The notes: generated from the sequence alone by a model not told the origin. 63,794 bases of DNA, filler included, from Aduncisulcus paluster (GCA_024181965.1; 11 parts of 11 records of this genome joined end to end with filler, not necessarily neighbours in it), one strand, 5' to 3'; positions 23,784 to 35,475 are shown, numbered from the whole stretch's first letter. Numbers and translations are program-made.

Positions 23784-24917
23784 TTATACCGACCCCAATT
23801 CACCTATCATATTTTGTGGAATCATATCCTTGACGTAATCGATGGAATAACCTTTAGCCAACAAATAAATAAGTTTGGCCAATGCAGCTTCAGCAGTCAT
23901 ATCCTTTGCACTGACACATCCAGCATCCTTCAAAGATGCACCGTATTCATCTAAATTAACCAAACCTTGATGGGTCTGAGTTGCATCAACAAGGACAACT
24001 CCACGGTTATTTGCGTCTGTCAACGCACTCATAAAATCATCATCGCCAACTGGACCATTACCAGTTCCATATGCAAGGATGACTGCACCCTCGATAGTGC
24101 TATCATCAAGAGCACGTTCAACAAAGTCCCCACTAATTCCGGGGTAGAGATGGATCAGAACGACATTAATATCGGACACATCGGCAGTAACAGCAAAAGT
24201 TCCAGTTGGAGGATCAAGGATAAGATCATCTCTAACGAGGGTTGTGACGCATTGAGTCACAAGATTGGGGAAGAAACCACTTTCAAAGGCATCGAGATCC
24301 CAAGCAGAAAGTTTCTGAGTTCTGTTACCTCTCATAGCATGGTGATCGAAGTACAACATAACTTCAGGAATGGAATAATCAGCAGCAAGTTGAATAGCAC
24401 CCAAAAGATTGAAAACTCCATCATTAAAGGTTTCAGCAAGGGGAATCTGAGAACCTGTCACAACAACAGGCTTATCAAGATTTTCCAAGAGGAAGGAAAG
24501 GGCAGATGCAGTGAAAGCCATAGTATCGGTTCCATGGATAACAACAAATCCATCATAATCGTGATAAACGTTAAAAATATCGTAAGCAATTTGCATCCAA
24601 TTGCTAGGGTTCATCTGAGATGAATCAAGAAGGGGATCATATTCATTAATAGTGTAGGAAGGCATGTCATCAGCAGAGAAGTTTGGGATGTTGCTCATTA
24701 CCTCTTCCAAATAGCCAGGTTCTGGAACATAACCGTCATCAGTTTTCTTCATACCAATAGTACCACCAGTATAAGCAATGTAAATTGATCTATCACTTGT
24801 TTTAAGACCATCATTCCTTTTAAATTTGGAATAGGGCCCATCGGGAAGAACAATTGGATCAAATGCCAAAGAATATGATATAAAGGCAACTATAAAAAGG
24901 AAATAAAGAAATTTCAT
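23784..24917 (-). CDS. ansA: Type I L-asparaginase (AnsA-like) with N-terminal signal peptide
   Basis: IYIAYTGGTIGM, DSS, HGTDTMAFTASALSF, VVTGSQIPL, RGNRTQK, YGTGN and DMTAEAALAKL; hydrophobic leader MKFLYFLFIVAFISYSLA. Confidence 0.92.
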   Translation of the reverse strand: MKFLYFLFIVAFISYSLAFDPIVLPDGPYSKFKRNDGLKTSDRSIYIAYTGGTIGMKKTDDGYVPEPGYLEEVMSNIPNFSADDMPSYTINEYDPLLDSSQMNPSNWMQIAYDIFNVYHDYDGFVVIHGTDTMAFTASALSFLLENLDKPVVVTGSQIPLAETFNDGVFNLLGAIQLAADYSIPEVMLYFDHHAMRGNRTQKLSAWDLDAFESGFFPNLVTQCVTTLVRDDLILDPPTGTFAVTADVSDINVVLIHLYPGISGDFVERALDDSTIEGAVILAYGTGNGPVGDDDFMSALTDANNRGVVLVDATQTHQGLVNLDEYGASLKDAGCVSAKDMTAEAALAKLIYLLAKGYSIDYVKDMIPQNMIGELGSV

Positions 24918-25966
24918 GTTAGTTTTTCTTTTTTCAGAGAAGAAACGAACAATTATGTGAAGTCCAGAAAATTCAACGGATGCATTTATTAGGGAAGGGG
25001 AGATACTAAAAAGACAGAAATAAAAAGAGAAAAGAAAGGCATTGAAGGATATTAAAGGGTATATTAGGTGGTAACAGACTGACTGCAGTACGATAAAGTT
25101 TCAGACAAGAAGGATACTGATTGTAGTGTATTCAGCATAGAGACGAAGACACCGAAAGGCAAACTCTACCAAGTAAACAATGTAGTGAAAAAACTAGTGA
25201 ACAAAAGTTGCACATAGTGTGTAACTAAAGAACCGAGGAGTAGGAAGAAATGAGTGTACGGTAATCAATAGAAATTTCTGAAAAAGGCAAAAGCAAACAT
25301 ATATTGAGAAGATCTAGCAAGACATCAAGATGCTACTCTCTAGAGCCATTAAAATAAGCTAAGTCATTTTAGAAAGGAGTCAAGAGTGAATAGGAAGCAA
25401 TGAAACCAAGTATTGATTAAAAATTGGGTATTAGAGAATGCAGGNNNNNNNNNNNNNNNNNNNNNNNNNNNNNNNNNNNNNNNNNNNNTTAATTAATTAA
25501 NNNNNNNNNNNNNNNNNNNNNNNNNNNNNNNNNNNNNNNNNNNNATATCTGGAATCTATGAAAATAGAAAAACCTGAAATTATGAAAAGAACTTCTCAAA
25601 GATCCCAACGCTCCCAAAAATAAAAAATGACAAATAAAATCTTCATTCATTTAATTTGAGCATAAAAGTCGCTTTAAATTTATAAAAGTAACCTTAAAAG
25701 CATTTTTTCACTATAATTATGAACTATCACTTTCAAAATGTGACAAAAAACTCCCAAATACTTCCAATGTCTGATATCAAATAGTTACAATGTTTCAAAT
25801 GCTTAAATCGAGTTATAAACACACAAATTCTTTAAAATAATATCATAAATGTTTAATTTAATGACTATTTCTGGCTGGAACATTTTGCCGGTATTTTAAA
25901 TACCGGCACCTGCCGGTCCCGGTATTTTCGTTTTATCCCAAGTATCCTGACAAGAAGTTCTTTTTC

Positions 25967-28900
25967 TTGTGGTCCAATATCTTGAAGAATATTACCCTTG
26001 ATAAAGATAACACCGACCCTCATAAAGATCGTTCCTCACGACTCTGGTTTGTCTTCCATCCTGTCTTGGACGTGATTAAGGACACTGCTTCCAAAGGTGT
26101 TACATTTGATGATGGTTCTATCATTCGTTGTTTAAAGTTTTTCAGTAATTTGTGTTCAGATCCATCACATTCCCTCGAGATATTTGAGAAAATTAAAGAT
26201 TTCTTGATGGATTGGTTTACTATATTAAAGAGACACAAATACAAGCTTGGAGCACTCCATTGGAGCCAGTTAATTTCATCATTTGCTGATTTTCCCTCAT
26301 TAATTCCAGAATTATCTCCTAAATATGATAATGCCATGAGATGGTGCAAACGAAATGGTGGTAATTCGACAGATTGTTCCAGATTCTTGCTGGGTCATAA
26401 TATATACCCAAAAAGATGGAGAAAATTGTTGAAATCACTTGAAAAAGAAACTGACTTTTTGATTCGAGCTGAATTATTTCATGAAAACCGTGATTCAATG
26501 TTGAGATATGTGAATGATGTCTGTATTTCAGAAGAAATGATTATAAAACAGAAAAGAGGAATTAAATTGTGTTTTGAATGTATATTTTCATGGTTTAACT
26601 GGAAAATTAGAGATGAATTACTTTATTTCAGAGATGGAAAGTACTTAAAACAGGAGGACTATATCTATCTCCCTATTTCTCATCTGAATGATCTCATTGA
26701 CACTTTCATTGATCATTTATCAAGATGTGAGGAAGTGTTGGAAGGAGATGTTGATGAAGAGTATTGTAGTATTTGTATCAATTATACTCACAAAGTTAAA
26801 GATAAAAGAGATTCCTTCCTTCCAAAGATCTCCCCATTTTCCAACGTATTCTTGAGAGAGGAAGTAAGGAGAAGTTGGGAGGTAATATTGCTCTATATTT
26901 ATTAATGACTCTCAAAAACATCTCTATTTCTCCCTCTTCTTCAACTCGATCCTCTATTCTCACCCTCATCAAATCATATATCAGAGATTGGTTGAGGATA
27001 TACAATGATAGTAAGTGTTATGGATATTGGATGGTTATTCTTACAAATATCACCCTCTCAAGTGATTATTCAACCCTCAACAAATCCCTCTGTTTTGAAG
27101 CTTGGCCTCTCTTCCACCCTGTTCTTGATGTTGTTAAGAAAGAGTTTGTTGGGGATAAGATTGTTGAGGATGAATATGAAGGATGTTTGCGATTCTTCTC
27201 TAACTTATGTTGTGATCCATCACATGCCCTTGAAGTCTATTATAACATTATGGATCTTCTTGATGGTTGGTTTGAAGTTATTAAGAAGAAAGAAAAATAT
27301 TGGACCAAGAAAAGGAAAGTTAGAAACCTTACTAAAATACTGGATGAGCTTGTTTTTGAACCATTAAAAATCATTTTTAAAATCATTGTTATTTTTTTCT
27401 TTGAAAATTTATTAGATTGGTTATTTATATTGGATAAATCCGATCCAATATTCGATAATTCCGACTTAATTCTAATCTTAATTCCAATTACTCTGGTTAT
27501 TATTTGTTCCTTATTTTATTTTATAAAGTTTGAATTGTTTTGTCCAAAGATTTGTGACAATAAGTCTGCCAACATCATATATTTTTGGGCTGAGATGATC
27601 TCAGTTTTCTCCACAATCCCATCTCTTGTTCCCAATATATCCACCAAGTATGTTGAACAGATGAAATGGTGCCGAGAAAATGGTGAACGCTTAATGAACA
27701 ATGAAATAATAACTGAAATTAGGACAAATTATCACTATTCTGCTGCTGATCATAATATTTTTGAAGACATGTACATGAAATTCTTGTCTTCGATCGAAGA
27801 ATATAAATTAAAGAATGTTATTACAGAACAGCAAGAAGGAAAAGAAGAAGAAAGAAAAGAAGAAGAAGGAAAAGAAGAAGAAGGAAAGAAAGAGGAAGAA
27901 GAGGAAGAGGAAGAGAAGAGTTTCCATGATTCCAAACAAGGCATAATTCTACAAAATTCGAATTCATCGGTATTATCTGTATTATCAACATCTTCAAGTG
28001 TTTCATCTTCTTCCCCTCAACCCGCTCAAGATAGTCCATCTTCTTGTGATCTGTCCATCATAAAGTCGATTGATTCTGTCGTACCTCTCTGTATTGTTGG
28101 AGAAGGTGGATTAGGGAAAAGTATCTTGGTTCAAGTTGGTGCTGTTGATTCATCCTTCTCAAAGATATGTGTTCTGAAGAGAATTATGAATCATAATCCT
28201 TATGCTTCGGCAAGGAATGCTGAACAATTGAAATACATGCAGAGAGAGTATTCTAAATTCCTTGGATCTTCACAAGAGCAAGAGATATGGAGAAATTGTC
28301 TTCCACACCCTCATTTCATTCTCAATCTTCTTGATGAGACCTACTGTGGTGTGATTGGATTTATGATGGAATTTTGTCGAGGTGGAAATATTTCTGAATT
28401 TGCAAGGTCATGGGCTTCTTGTAAATCTAGCTTCAAATCTGAGCATACCGAAGATCTTGAGGTTAAATATGATCCATTGAAAATTGCAGCATTAGGAGTT
28501 TCCATAATAGAGTGTGTTTCTAAGGTATTTCGTACCAATGCGAGACTTGTTCATGGGAACATAAAACCTGAGAATTTTCTTGTTCGGTATGATGATTTGA
28601 AGGATGAATGTCAGGTTCTCCTTGGAGATTTGGGCTTTGTTGAGATCAGGGACTCGATATCTCGAAGCTCTTTCGATCGTGTTGAACATTTTCGTCCCAG
28701 TTCTTCCTCATTAATATCTTCTCAAGAGTCTATATTTGGAATTGATCCGTCATTCCTTGATTCAATGTGTTATAGTGCTCCTGAAAGTTTGGAGAGAGCA
28801 ATTTGTTGTCAAAAAAGTGATGCTTGGGGTGTTTGCTTGACCTTATGGTCTCTGTTTCATGATATGAAGCATCCTTTTATTGGCCATCCAACGATTAGAA

Positions 28901-29262
28901 CACTCCCAAAGCAATCAAAAGATTATGGTCAAAGGTTTTGTTCCAATCTACGGAAGTTGATCGATGATCCAAAATGTCATCCTCGACTCGCAGATAGTGA
29001 GATATTCCGTGTTCTTGAGACGCTCGAAGGTGGAAAATACAAAGAAGTGTATAATGTCCTCCTTGAAGTCTACAATGGACTTTTACAGCCTGATCAGGAT
29101 CTCAGGTTGTCGATCCATCAAGCCCATGACTTGACTGAGAAAATTAAACATTTGCTTCCTCGGGTTGGTGAAGGGTGGAAATGTCCATCAATAGATGAGT
29201 ACATATCTCAACAGCATTCAATTTATTCAAAATGTTCATATTCCATCGATAAATCCTCCTAA
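25967..29262 (+). pseudogene. Lineage-specific helical-repeat/transmembrane protein fused to a kinase-like domain; frameshift near 26833
   Basis: Repeated module (FHPVLDV...CL.FFSNLC.DPSH.LE...W...ISS...PSL.P..S.KY...M.WC..NG) occurs twice. Kinase motifs GEGGLG, VLKR, HGNIKPEN, DLG, APE and SDAW. One base is missing between LPKISP and FQRILERGSKEKLGG. Confidence 0.65.
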
Positions 29263-29597
29263 ATTTGAGTTTTATGTTATTTTTTCTGCCACTTCCAATT
29301 GAGTCAATTCCAAATTGAGCTCTCAAGTCAGATTATCTGCAGATATGAAGATTCTTCATTGAAGAGGCTTATCAAATGTATTATTATTCTTTTCTAAGAA
29401 AAGTTTTCTTGAAGTAAAACTTGTTTCAAACAAGTTGTTTGGCAAACATCAGAGATGGTTATATGGCTGCCATAAGGACTGTATTATGTAACATTAGTAA
29501 TGTTCACCATGTAATCTATGTAGTAAACACTGTGACATAGAATCTATCGCAGATTCTACATGTGTGTTCAATGATTGAACACAGTTCAATACAGAAT

Positions 29598-32500
29598 TTA
29601 TTCTGAATATTTAAAATATCCATCCCCAATCTTCAATCCGAGTGATCTGAATTGCCTATCAATTTCCTGGAGAGCTGCACAGGCCTCTTCAGCCCTAAGA
29701 GGAGAATATTTCCCACTCACTGGTCTTGTCCCTTCGGTAGAGAGTGAAGGAATATGACGTAATTTGCTAAACACTTCATAAACACAGTCAGCAGCATACA
29801 ATAACTTTTCACGATGTCTGACATTTGATATTTCTTTGGATAATGTGTTAACCACAGTATTTCTTATCGACATGGGATCTGATATTAGTTTCTGGAGCTT
29901 ATCTCTAGTTTCTGAAATGGAACTGGTCACTGTTTTCCTCACAACAAGAATAGAATGTGAAGAGCGAGCTGGAGTGGTGGATGTGACAGCAGTTGAGCTG
30001 GGTTTTGTAGTTGTCCCTTGTGCTATCAAATAATTCTCATTGAGATCTCTTTGTAGGGGTAAAGGAGAAGAAGAGGAATGATGGACCATGGTACCATGAT
30101 CAACCAAAGATGATAAGGAAGAAGCAGAGGAGGAAGAGGAAGAAGAGAGAGAAGAAGAGGAAGCAATGTCCAATGTTTCTGAATATCTTTTCCTCTCTTC
30201 TTCTTTCCTCTTCTTCTCCTCTTCTTTTTCCATTTCCCGACGGAGTTCTTCTGACCGTTCAATCAGTTTCTTCTTCCACCCACCTTTCTCGAGGATGATA
30301 TCAACAGCCTTAAGAATATTCTCACCACTCTGCAAAATAGCATCCTGAACATCAATTTCCTTCACTCGTAATGAATCTTCAAGCGAATGAATCACGCTTT
30401 GCAAGTGCCTAGAAGAGGTCTTGCTTGCTCTTCCACGAGTTGAATCGAGACCAGAAGATGATACAATATCTNNNNNNNNNNNNNNNNNNNNGTCCAATGT
30501 TTCTGAATATCTTTTCCTCTCTTCTTCTTTCCTCTTCTTCTCCTCTTCTTTTTCCATTTCCCGACGGAGTTCTTCTGACCGTTCAATCAGTTTCTTCTTC
30601 CACCCACCTTTCTCGAGGATGATATCAACAGCCTTAAGAATATTCTCACCACTCTGCAAAATAGCATCCTGAACATCAATTTCCTTCACTCGTAATGAAT
30701 CTTCAAGCGAATGAATCACGCTTTGCAAGTGCCTAGAAGAGGTCTTGCTTGCTCTTCCACGAGTTGAATCGAGACCAGAAGATGATACAATATCTGCTTG
30801 TGAAGGATGTTTGAACCTTTGATATACTCTGAAATATATGACAAGTTCAAGGGCATCGGCATGGGAACATTTGTATTCAAAATCTTCTTCCACGACATTG
30901 CCGAGATCATCGATCACAGCTGGACGATGAGTGGCTGCAGACGAACATCTGTGGCCAATGGATCTTTCATTTGGAATATGGTGTGTAAGATTCGTGTTGA
31001 TATATAGAGGATCGGTCTTTCCCATTAATATGGAGCGTATTTTCTTCCATTCTTCATCAGAAAGTAATTTAATGTATGGATACACAATTTCTTGCCAAAA
31101 ACAGAGCTCATCTTTGCCGACATCTTCCCCACTCATGCGAATCAGAGCGTCAAGAGGTGGGCAAGATGACATGTCAGGGGGTTCGTGACGTTTTGAGAGT
31201 CGCTGGAACTCACTCAATCGGTTTACGTCACCTTGTTCGAGAAATACAGGCGGTGTGAGAGAAGAGGAGGTCACAGGCAGGACTGTTAAACCTGCAGTCG
31301 TTGACATTAGAGTATATAGAGCATATTGGTGCCTTGTTGGGCCAATTCCAAGGCGTTTGGGTTCAATTAAAGACGAAGAAGCGTGAGAATCAGCTTGAAG
31401 AGCAATTGTTACCTTTTTCTTCTTCTCTTTCTTCTTTTTATCTTTCTTTTCTTGTTGCTTAAGTTTTAATTTGTGCTGACGTTCCTTTTTCTCTTTTTCT
31501 TTCTTCAGCTCATCTTCTTTCCTTTTCTCCTCTTCATAGAATTTGGATCGAAATTGCTTGATTACTTTCAATCGGATTTGTTCCAAATTCTCGACTTCAT
31601 TGTTCGAAAGTAAGACAAAAGCATCATCGGAACACGAATAATACCAATGTTGAGGTCTTTCTGGAATAATAATATTATTCATTCCCATAGCTCCTTTATC
31701 TTTCATCTCAACTTCATTGGTGGATGAATTGTTTCTCAAAACTGAGCTAAATATAGAATCTGAAGATGATTGCAATGATTGTTTTGTATTTGCTTGATAT
31801 TCAGTGAATAAGGAATTTGGATGAAGGAAAATAGATCCTTGAGATGTAAAGACTTGAAGCGATTGGATAGGAATACTAGTAGATATCGTTGACACAGCAA
31901 AAGGATCACAAGAAGTTGTAGATGATATTCCTCCAGATGGAGCAATCGGGAAGACATTAGAAATAGATTTGGAAAACAATTGGTCTTCTTTCTCTTCCTC
32001 TCTCTTTTCCTGTTCCTCTCTCTTTTCCTGTTCCTCTTCTTGGATATCTGAAAACCCAAACAAATCAAGTAGACGATTTCCTTCTTTTCGTTGATTTATA
32101 TAATCCCCTTCCGTAATACAATAATACTCATCAATCTCCTTGTATGGCTCTCTCAGTATAAAGAATTCTTCCCAGGTCTGGAGGTTGGCCTGTTCAATGA
32201 GGGGCGGAGGAGGAGGACGCTCACCTTCAAATGCAATGATATTCGATAACACAACGTCTTCCTCTTCCTCTTCTTCTTCTTCTCTCTCTTCTTCTTCTTC
32301 TCTCTCTTCTTCTTCCTTCACTTTAACTATCTTCTCTTTAACTATCTTGTCCATTCTTTGACCAAAACTATACACTCCTTCAAATCTACGGTGAAACCTT
32401 TCATTCTCTAACTCCTTTAATAAACGAACATTAAATTGGAATACAACTGCCGAGAAAACGGTGGCATTATAAAGATAAACAAGAATAGCACTGCTCCTGA

Positions 32501-32852
32501 ACCCATCAGCCGGTGTGAATGACAAGGGAAGCAGAGAGGAATCATTCGGTGTGGATGATCTATATTTAGAATAATCGGTGTGAGATGATGAGGAGAGCAT
32601 ACTCATACCAGAGTCAAGAGAAGTCAACTCTGCGGGCCGAGCTGGGTAATATCTTTCAAAACATCTACATAGGCTTTGGAATCGAGGATCATGACGGTAT
32701 GCAGAGCTTCTAGCAGCATCCAACAGGGGTGAATTGAAGAAAGGAAGAGAAGGGGGCACAGGAAGGGCAGATAACGCACTGTCTGAGCTAAGAATAGAAC
32801 ATTGAGAAGGTATGGAACATGACTCAAGAGAAGAAGGGAGAGATATTTTAGA
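29598..32852 (-). CDS. Hypothetical low-complexity protein, possible UBA-like motif (5'-truncated; 304-bp gap duplication)
   Basis: Long ORF open to the contig end. VQDAILQSGENILKAVDIILE is UBA-like. Confidence 0.6.
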   Translation of the reverse strand, partial: SKISLPSSLESCSIPSQCSILSSDSALSALPVPPSLPFFNSPLLDAARSSAYRHDPRFQSLCRCFERYYPARPAELTSLDSGMSMLSSSSHTDYSKYRSSTPNDSSLLPLSFTPADGFRSSAILVYLYNATVFSAVVFQFNVRLLKELENERFHRRFEGVYSFGQRMDKIVKEKIVKVKEEEEREEEEEREEEEEEEEDVVLSNIIAFEGERPPPPPLIEQANLQTWEEFFILREPYKEIDEYYCITEGDYINQRKEGNRLLDLFGFSDIQEEEQEKREEQEKREEEKEDQLFSKSISNVFPIAPSGGISSTTSCDPFAVSTISTSIPIQSLQVFTSQGSIFLHPNSLFTEYQANTKQSLQSSSDSIFSSVLRNNSSTNEVEMKDKGAMGMNNIIIPERPQHWYYSCSDDAFVLLSNNEVENLEQIRLKVIKQFRSKFYEEEKRKEDELKKEKEKKERQHKLKLKQQEKKDKKKKEKKKKVTIALQADSHASSSLIEPKRLGIGPTRHQYALYTLMSTTAGLTVLPVTSSSLTPPVFLEQGDVNRLSEFQRLSKRHEPPDMSSCPPLDALIRMSGEDVGKDELCFWQEIVYPYIKLLSDEEWKKIRSILMGKTDPLYINTNLTHHIPNERSIGHRCSSAATHRPAVIDDLGNVVEEDFEYKCSHADALELVIYFRVYQRFKHPSQADIVSSSGLDSTRGRASKTSSRHLQSVIHSLEDSLRVKEIDVQDAILQSGENILKAVDIILEKGGWKKKLIERSEELRREMEKEEEKKRKEEERKRYSETLDXXXXXXXDIVSSSGLDSTRGRASKTSSRHLQSVIHSLEDSLRVKEIDVQDAILQSGENILKAVDIILEKGGWKKKLIERSEELRREMEKEEEKKRKEEERKRYSETLDIASSSSLSSSSSSSASSLSSLVDHGTMVHHSSSSPLPLQRDLNENYLIAQGTTTKPSSTAVTSTTPARSSHSILVVRKTVTSSISETRDKLQKLISDPMSIRNTVVNTLSKEISNVRHREKLLYAADCVYEVFSKLRHIPSLSTEGTRPVSGKYSPLRAEEACAALQEIDRQFRSLGLKIGDGYFKYSE

Positions 32853-32953
32853 TNNNNNNNNNNNNNNNNNNNNNNNNNNNNNNNNNNNNNNNNNNNNTTA
32901 ATTAATTAANNNNNNNNNNNNNNNNNNNNNNNNNNNNNNNNNNNNNNNNNNNN

Positions 32954-33454
32954 CGTGAGCACAAGACATACCGTAACGCTGAGCACTCCCAATCTATCCT
33001 CACCATCACTTCCAACGTTGTGTACGGAAAGAAGACTGGTTCCACCCCCGACGGTCGTAAACGTGGAGAACCATTCGCTCCTGGTGCCTCTCCCACCCAT
33101 GGTGCCGATAGCACTGGTGCCCTCAACTCTTTGAGTTCTGTTGCCAAACTCCCATACAAGGATGCTGCTGATGGTATCTCCAACACTTTCTCCATCACTG
33201 CTAGTGCCCTTGGAAAGACCCATGACGAGCGTATCAGTACTCTTGTGTCCTTGATCGATGGATACTTCGAGAAGGGTGCTCACCACCTTAACGTCAACGT
33301 CATGACCCGTGAGACTCTCCTTGATGCCCAAAAGAACCCTCACAAATATCCTCAGCTCACCATCCGTGTGTCTGGTTACGCTGTTCTCTTCAACAGACTT
33401 ACCAAGGAGCAACAAGACGAGGTTATCTCTAGAACTCTCCACAGCCATGTCTAA
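32954..33454 (+). CDS. pflB: Pyruvate formate-lyase, C-terminal glycyl-radical domain (5'-truncated; copy A)
   Basis: [39 protein letters not shown] and [13 protein letters not shown] (glycyl radical loop), ending QQDEVISRT. Confidence 0.96.
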   Translation, partial: REHKTYRNAEHSQSILTITSNVVYGKKTGSTPDGRKRGEPFAPGASPTHGADSTGALNSLSSVAKLPYKDAADGISNTFSITASALGKTHDERISTLVSLIDGYFEKGAHHLNVNVMTRETLLDAQKNPHKYPQLTIRVSGYAVLFNRLTKEQQDEVISRTLHSHV

Positions 33455-33675
33455 CTTCTTTCATAGATATCGGATTGTTTCTTATTTTAAAATTAAAATA
33501 TTCCAATAAATGTGTCTGACCCTTTTATTTTGTTTCGAATTTTTTGATTGGATTTACCGAATAGATCTATGTTGTTTGATTTTTGTCATTTCAAAATGAA
33601 GAAAGTTTCTTGTCGATCTATCAACTTTCCTATATTTTTTTGTTTTAGTTATATTATTTCAAAACAAATAATAAT

Positions 33676-34704
33676 ATGCCCACAGGAAAAGAATGTACAT
33701 TCTATACTAAACTCGAAGACGGAATTGTTCAATGTCATGCTTGCCGTCATCATTGTAAGATCCACCCTGGAAAACGAGGAATATGTAATGTAAGACAAAA
33801 TTATAGAGGAAAACTGTTTCTTTTAGTCCACTCCCATCCTTCAGCAGTTCATATTGATCCAATCGAGAAAAAACCGTTATATCATGTATGTCCGGGGGCA
33901 AAGATAATGTCAATTGGAACAGCAGGTTGCTGTTTTCGGTGTTCCTTTTGCCAAAATTGGCAATTGGCTCTTACTGCGAAAGATATAGAAGATACTGAAA
34001 TTGCCTCATATGAGTCTTTGCCTCCTGAGACAGTTATTCAGATATGTATGGCCAGAAAATTAAAATGGATAGCCTTTACTTATAATGAACCCGCTATTTT
34101 CGGTGAATATGCACTAGATATTGCTCGACTTGCACTACCAAAAGGTATTCGATGTGTATATGTTACTGATGGATATGAGAGTATTGAGCAATTAGAAGCT
34201 ATGAAAGGTCTAATCTGTGCATTAAATATCGATTTAAAAAGTTTTAGCGATAAGTTTTATCGTACAGTGTGTGGTGGTCGCCTTGAACCCGTATTAGATA
34301 CTATACGGAGAGCTTATTCGCTTGGAATGTTTGTAGAGATAACTACACTTCTTATTCCTGGTGAAAATGATGGAGACGAAGAAATTGAATCTATTGCGAA
34401 GTTCATTTCTTCTGTTTCCCCCGATATTCCTTGGCATTTGTCTGCTTTCCATCCCGATTACAAGATGATGGACCATAAGAGAACTCCTGTTTCTTCTCTC
34501 AAACGAGCTCTTGAAATTGGAACAGAAGTTGGCCTAAAACACATATATATTGGAAATGTTGGGTTTGAAATTGATACAAAATGCCCAAATTGTAAAGAAG
34601 TATTAGTTAAAAGAAGTAGAATGCATTTAGATTGGATTGAACCTGCTTTGTCATCATCTGGTAAATGTAAATGTGGGAAGGAGATTGCTGGTATATGGAA
34701 ATAA
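33676..34704 (+). CDS. amrS: Radical SAM enzyme, AmmeMemoRadiSam (AmrS) family
   Basis: CHACRHHC...GICNVR, DPIEKKPLYH, GCCFRCSFCQNW (CxxxCxxC), FTYNEP, NIDLK, EITTLLIPGEND, PWHLSAFHPDY, YIGNV, CPNC and C-terminal GIW. Confidence 0.88.
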   Translation: MPTGKECTFYTKLEDGIVQCHACRHHCKIHPGKRGICNVRQNYRGKLFLLVHSHPSAVHIDPIEKKPLYHVCPGAKIMSIGTAGCCFRCSFCQNWQLALTAKDIEDTEIASYESLPPETVIQICMARKLKWIAFTYNEPAIFGEYALDIARLALPKGIRCVYVTDGYESIEQLEAMKGLICALNIDLKSFSDKFYRTVCGGRLEPVLDTIRRAYSLGMFVEITTLLIPGENDGDEEIESIAKFISSVSPDIPWHLSAFHPDYKMMDHKRTPVSSLKRALEIGTEVGLKHIYIGNVGFEIDTKCPNCKEVLVKRSRMHLDWIEPALSSSGKCKCGKEIAGIWK

Positions 34705-34818
34705 TATCGATGATTTAAACATTCTTTAATTGTGATCATCACTAATACACTTGTTGAAACTAAGTCTTTATATAATAAAATCTAACGAAATATTCAATTC
34801 ACCAAAAGATCTCATTTA

Positions 34819-35460
34819 TTAGATGTTCTCGGCAGTCAAAGGACCCTTGGGAATCCTCAACTTAACGTTGGCACCATCATCAATGAAGAGACCAGCGTCA
34901 CGCTTCTCGATGTACTCAGCCTTAGGGAACTTGGTGAATCCCCACTTGTTGGAGTCAAGAATAACCTGACGTCCAGGGAATTTGTACTTGGCACGACGAA
35001 GAGCTTCCTTCACGATAGCGATAACGTCCTTGTCATCCTTGCAACGAATGGAGATAAGAGGTTGGTCAATGCTGACACGAGCAACGGTACCAGCGGGTTT
35101 ACCCCAGGCTCCACGCATACCGGTCTGAAGTCTATCAGCACCAGCACAGGAAAGCATCTTGTTAATACGAAGAACATGGAAAGGATGGACACGGATACGA
35201 AGGTGGAAAGCTTCCTTACCACAGTTCTTAACAATGAACTTGTTACAGGCAATACGGGAAGCTTCGAGAGCCTCAGAAGAGATCTGTTCCTTTTCCTTGG
35301 AGACAAGGTGGATACAGACTGGGAACTCATCAACACCAGCAGACTTCTTTCCAAGATCGTAAATACGCACCTTAGGATCGGGCACACCACGGCAGAAACG
35401 AGATTTGGGGAAAGGCTTGTTCTTCTGGTAACGGTAACACTTAGCGGGACGACGGGCCAT
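34819..35460 (-). CDS. RPL10: 60S ribosomal protein L10 (uL16)
   Basis: [55 protein letters not shown] and KFPGRQ. Confidence 0.98.
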   Translation of the reverse strand: MARRPAKCYRYQKNKPFPKSRFCRGVPDPKVRIYDLGKKSAGVDEFPVCIHLVSKEKEQISSEALEASRIACNKFIVKNCGKEAFHLRIRVHPFHVLRINKMLSCAGADRLQTGMRGAWGKPAGTVARVSIDQPLISIRCKDDKDVIAIVKEALRRAKYKFPGRQVILDSNKWGFTKFPKAEYIEKRDAGLFIDDGANVKLRIPKGPLTAENI

Positions 35461-35475
35461 TTATACTATTTATGC

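Noticed and set aside
32954-34704. Bacterial contamination as the source of pfl/amrS
   Set aside because: They share a contig with eukaryotic RPL10 and fibrillarin, and PFL codon usage resembles RPL10. The other PFL copy is linked to an IGHMBP2-like helicase and a CCA-less tRNA.
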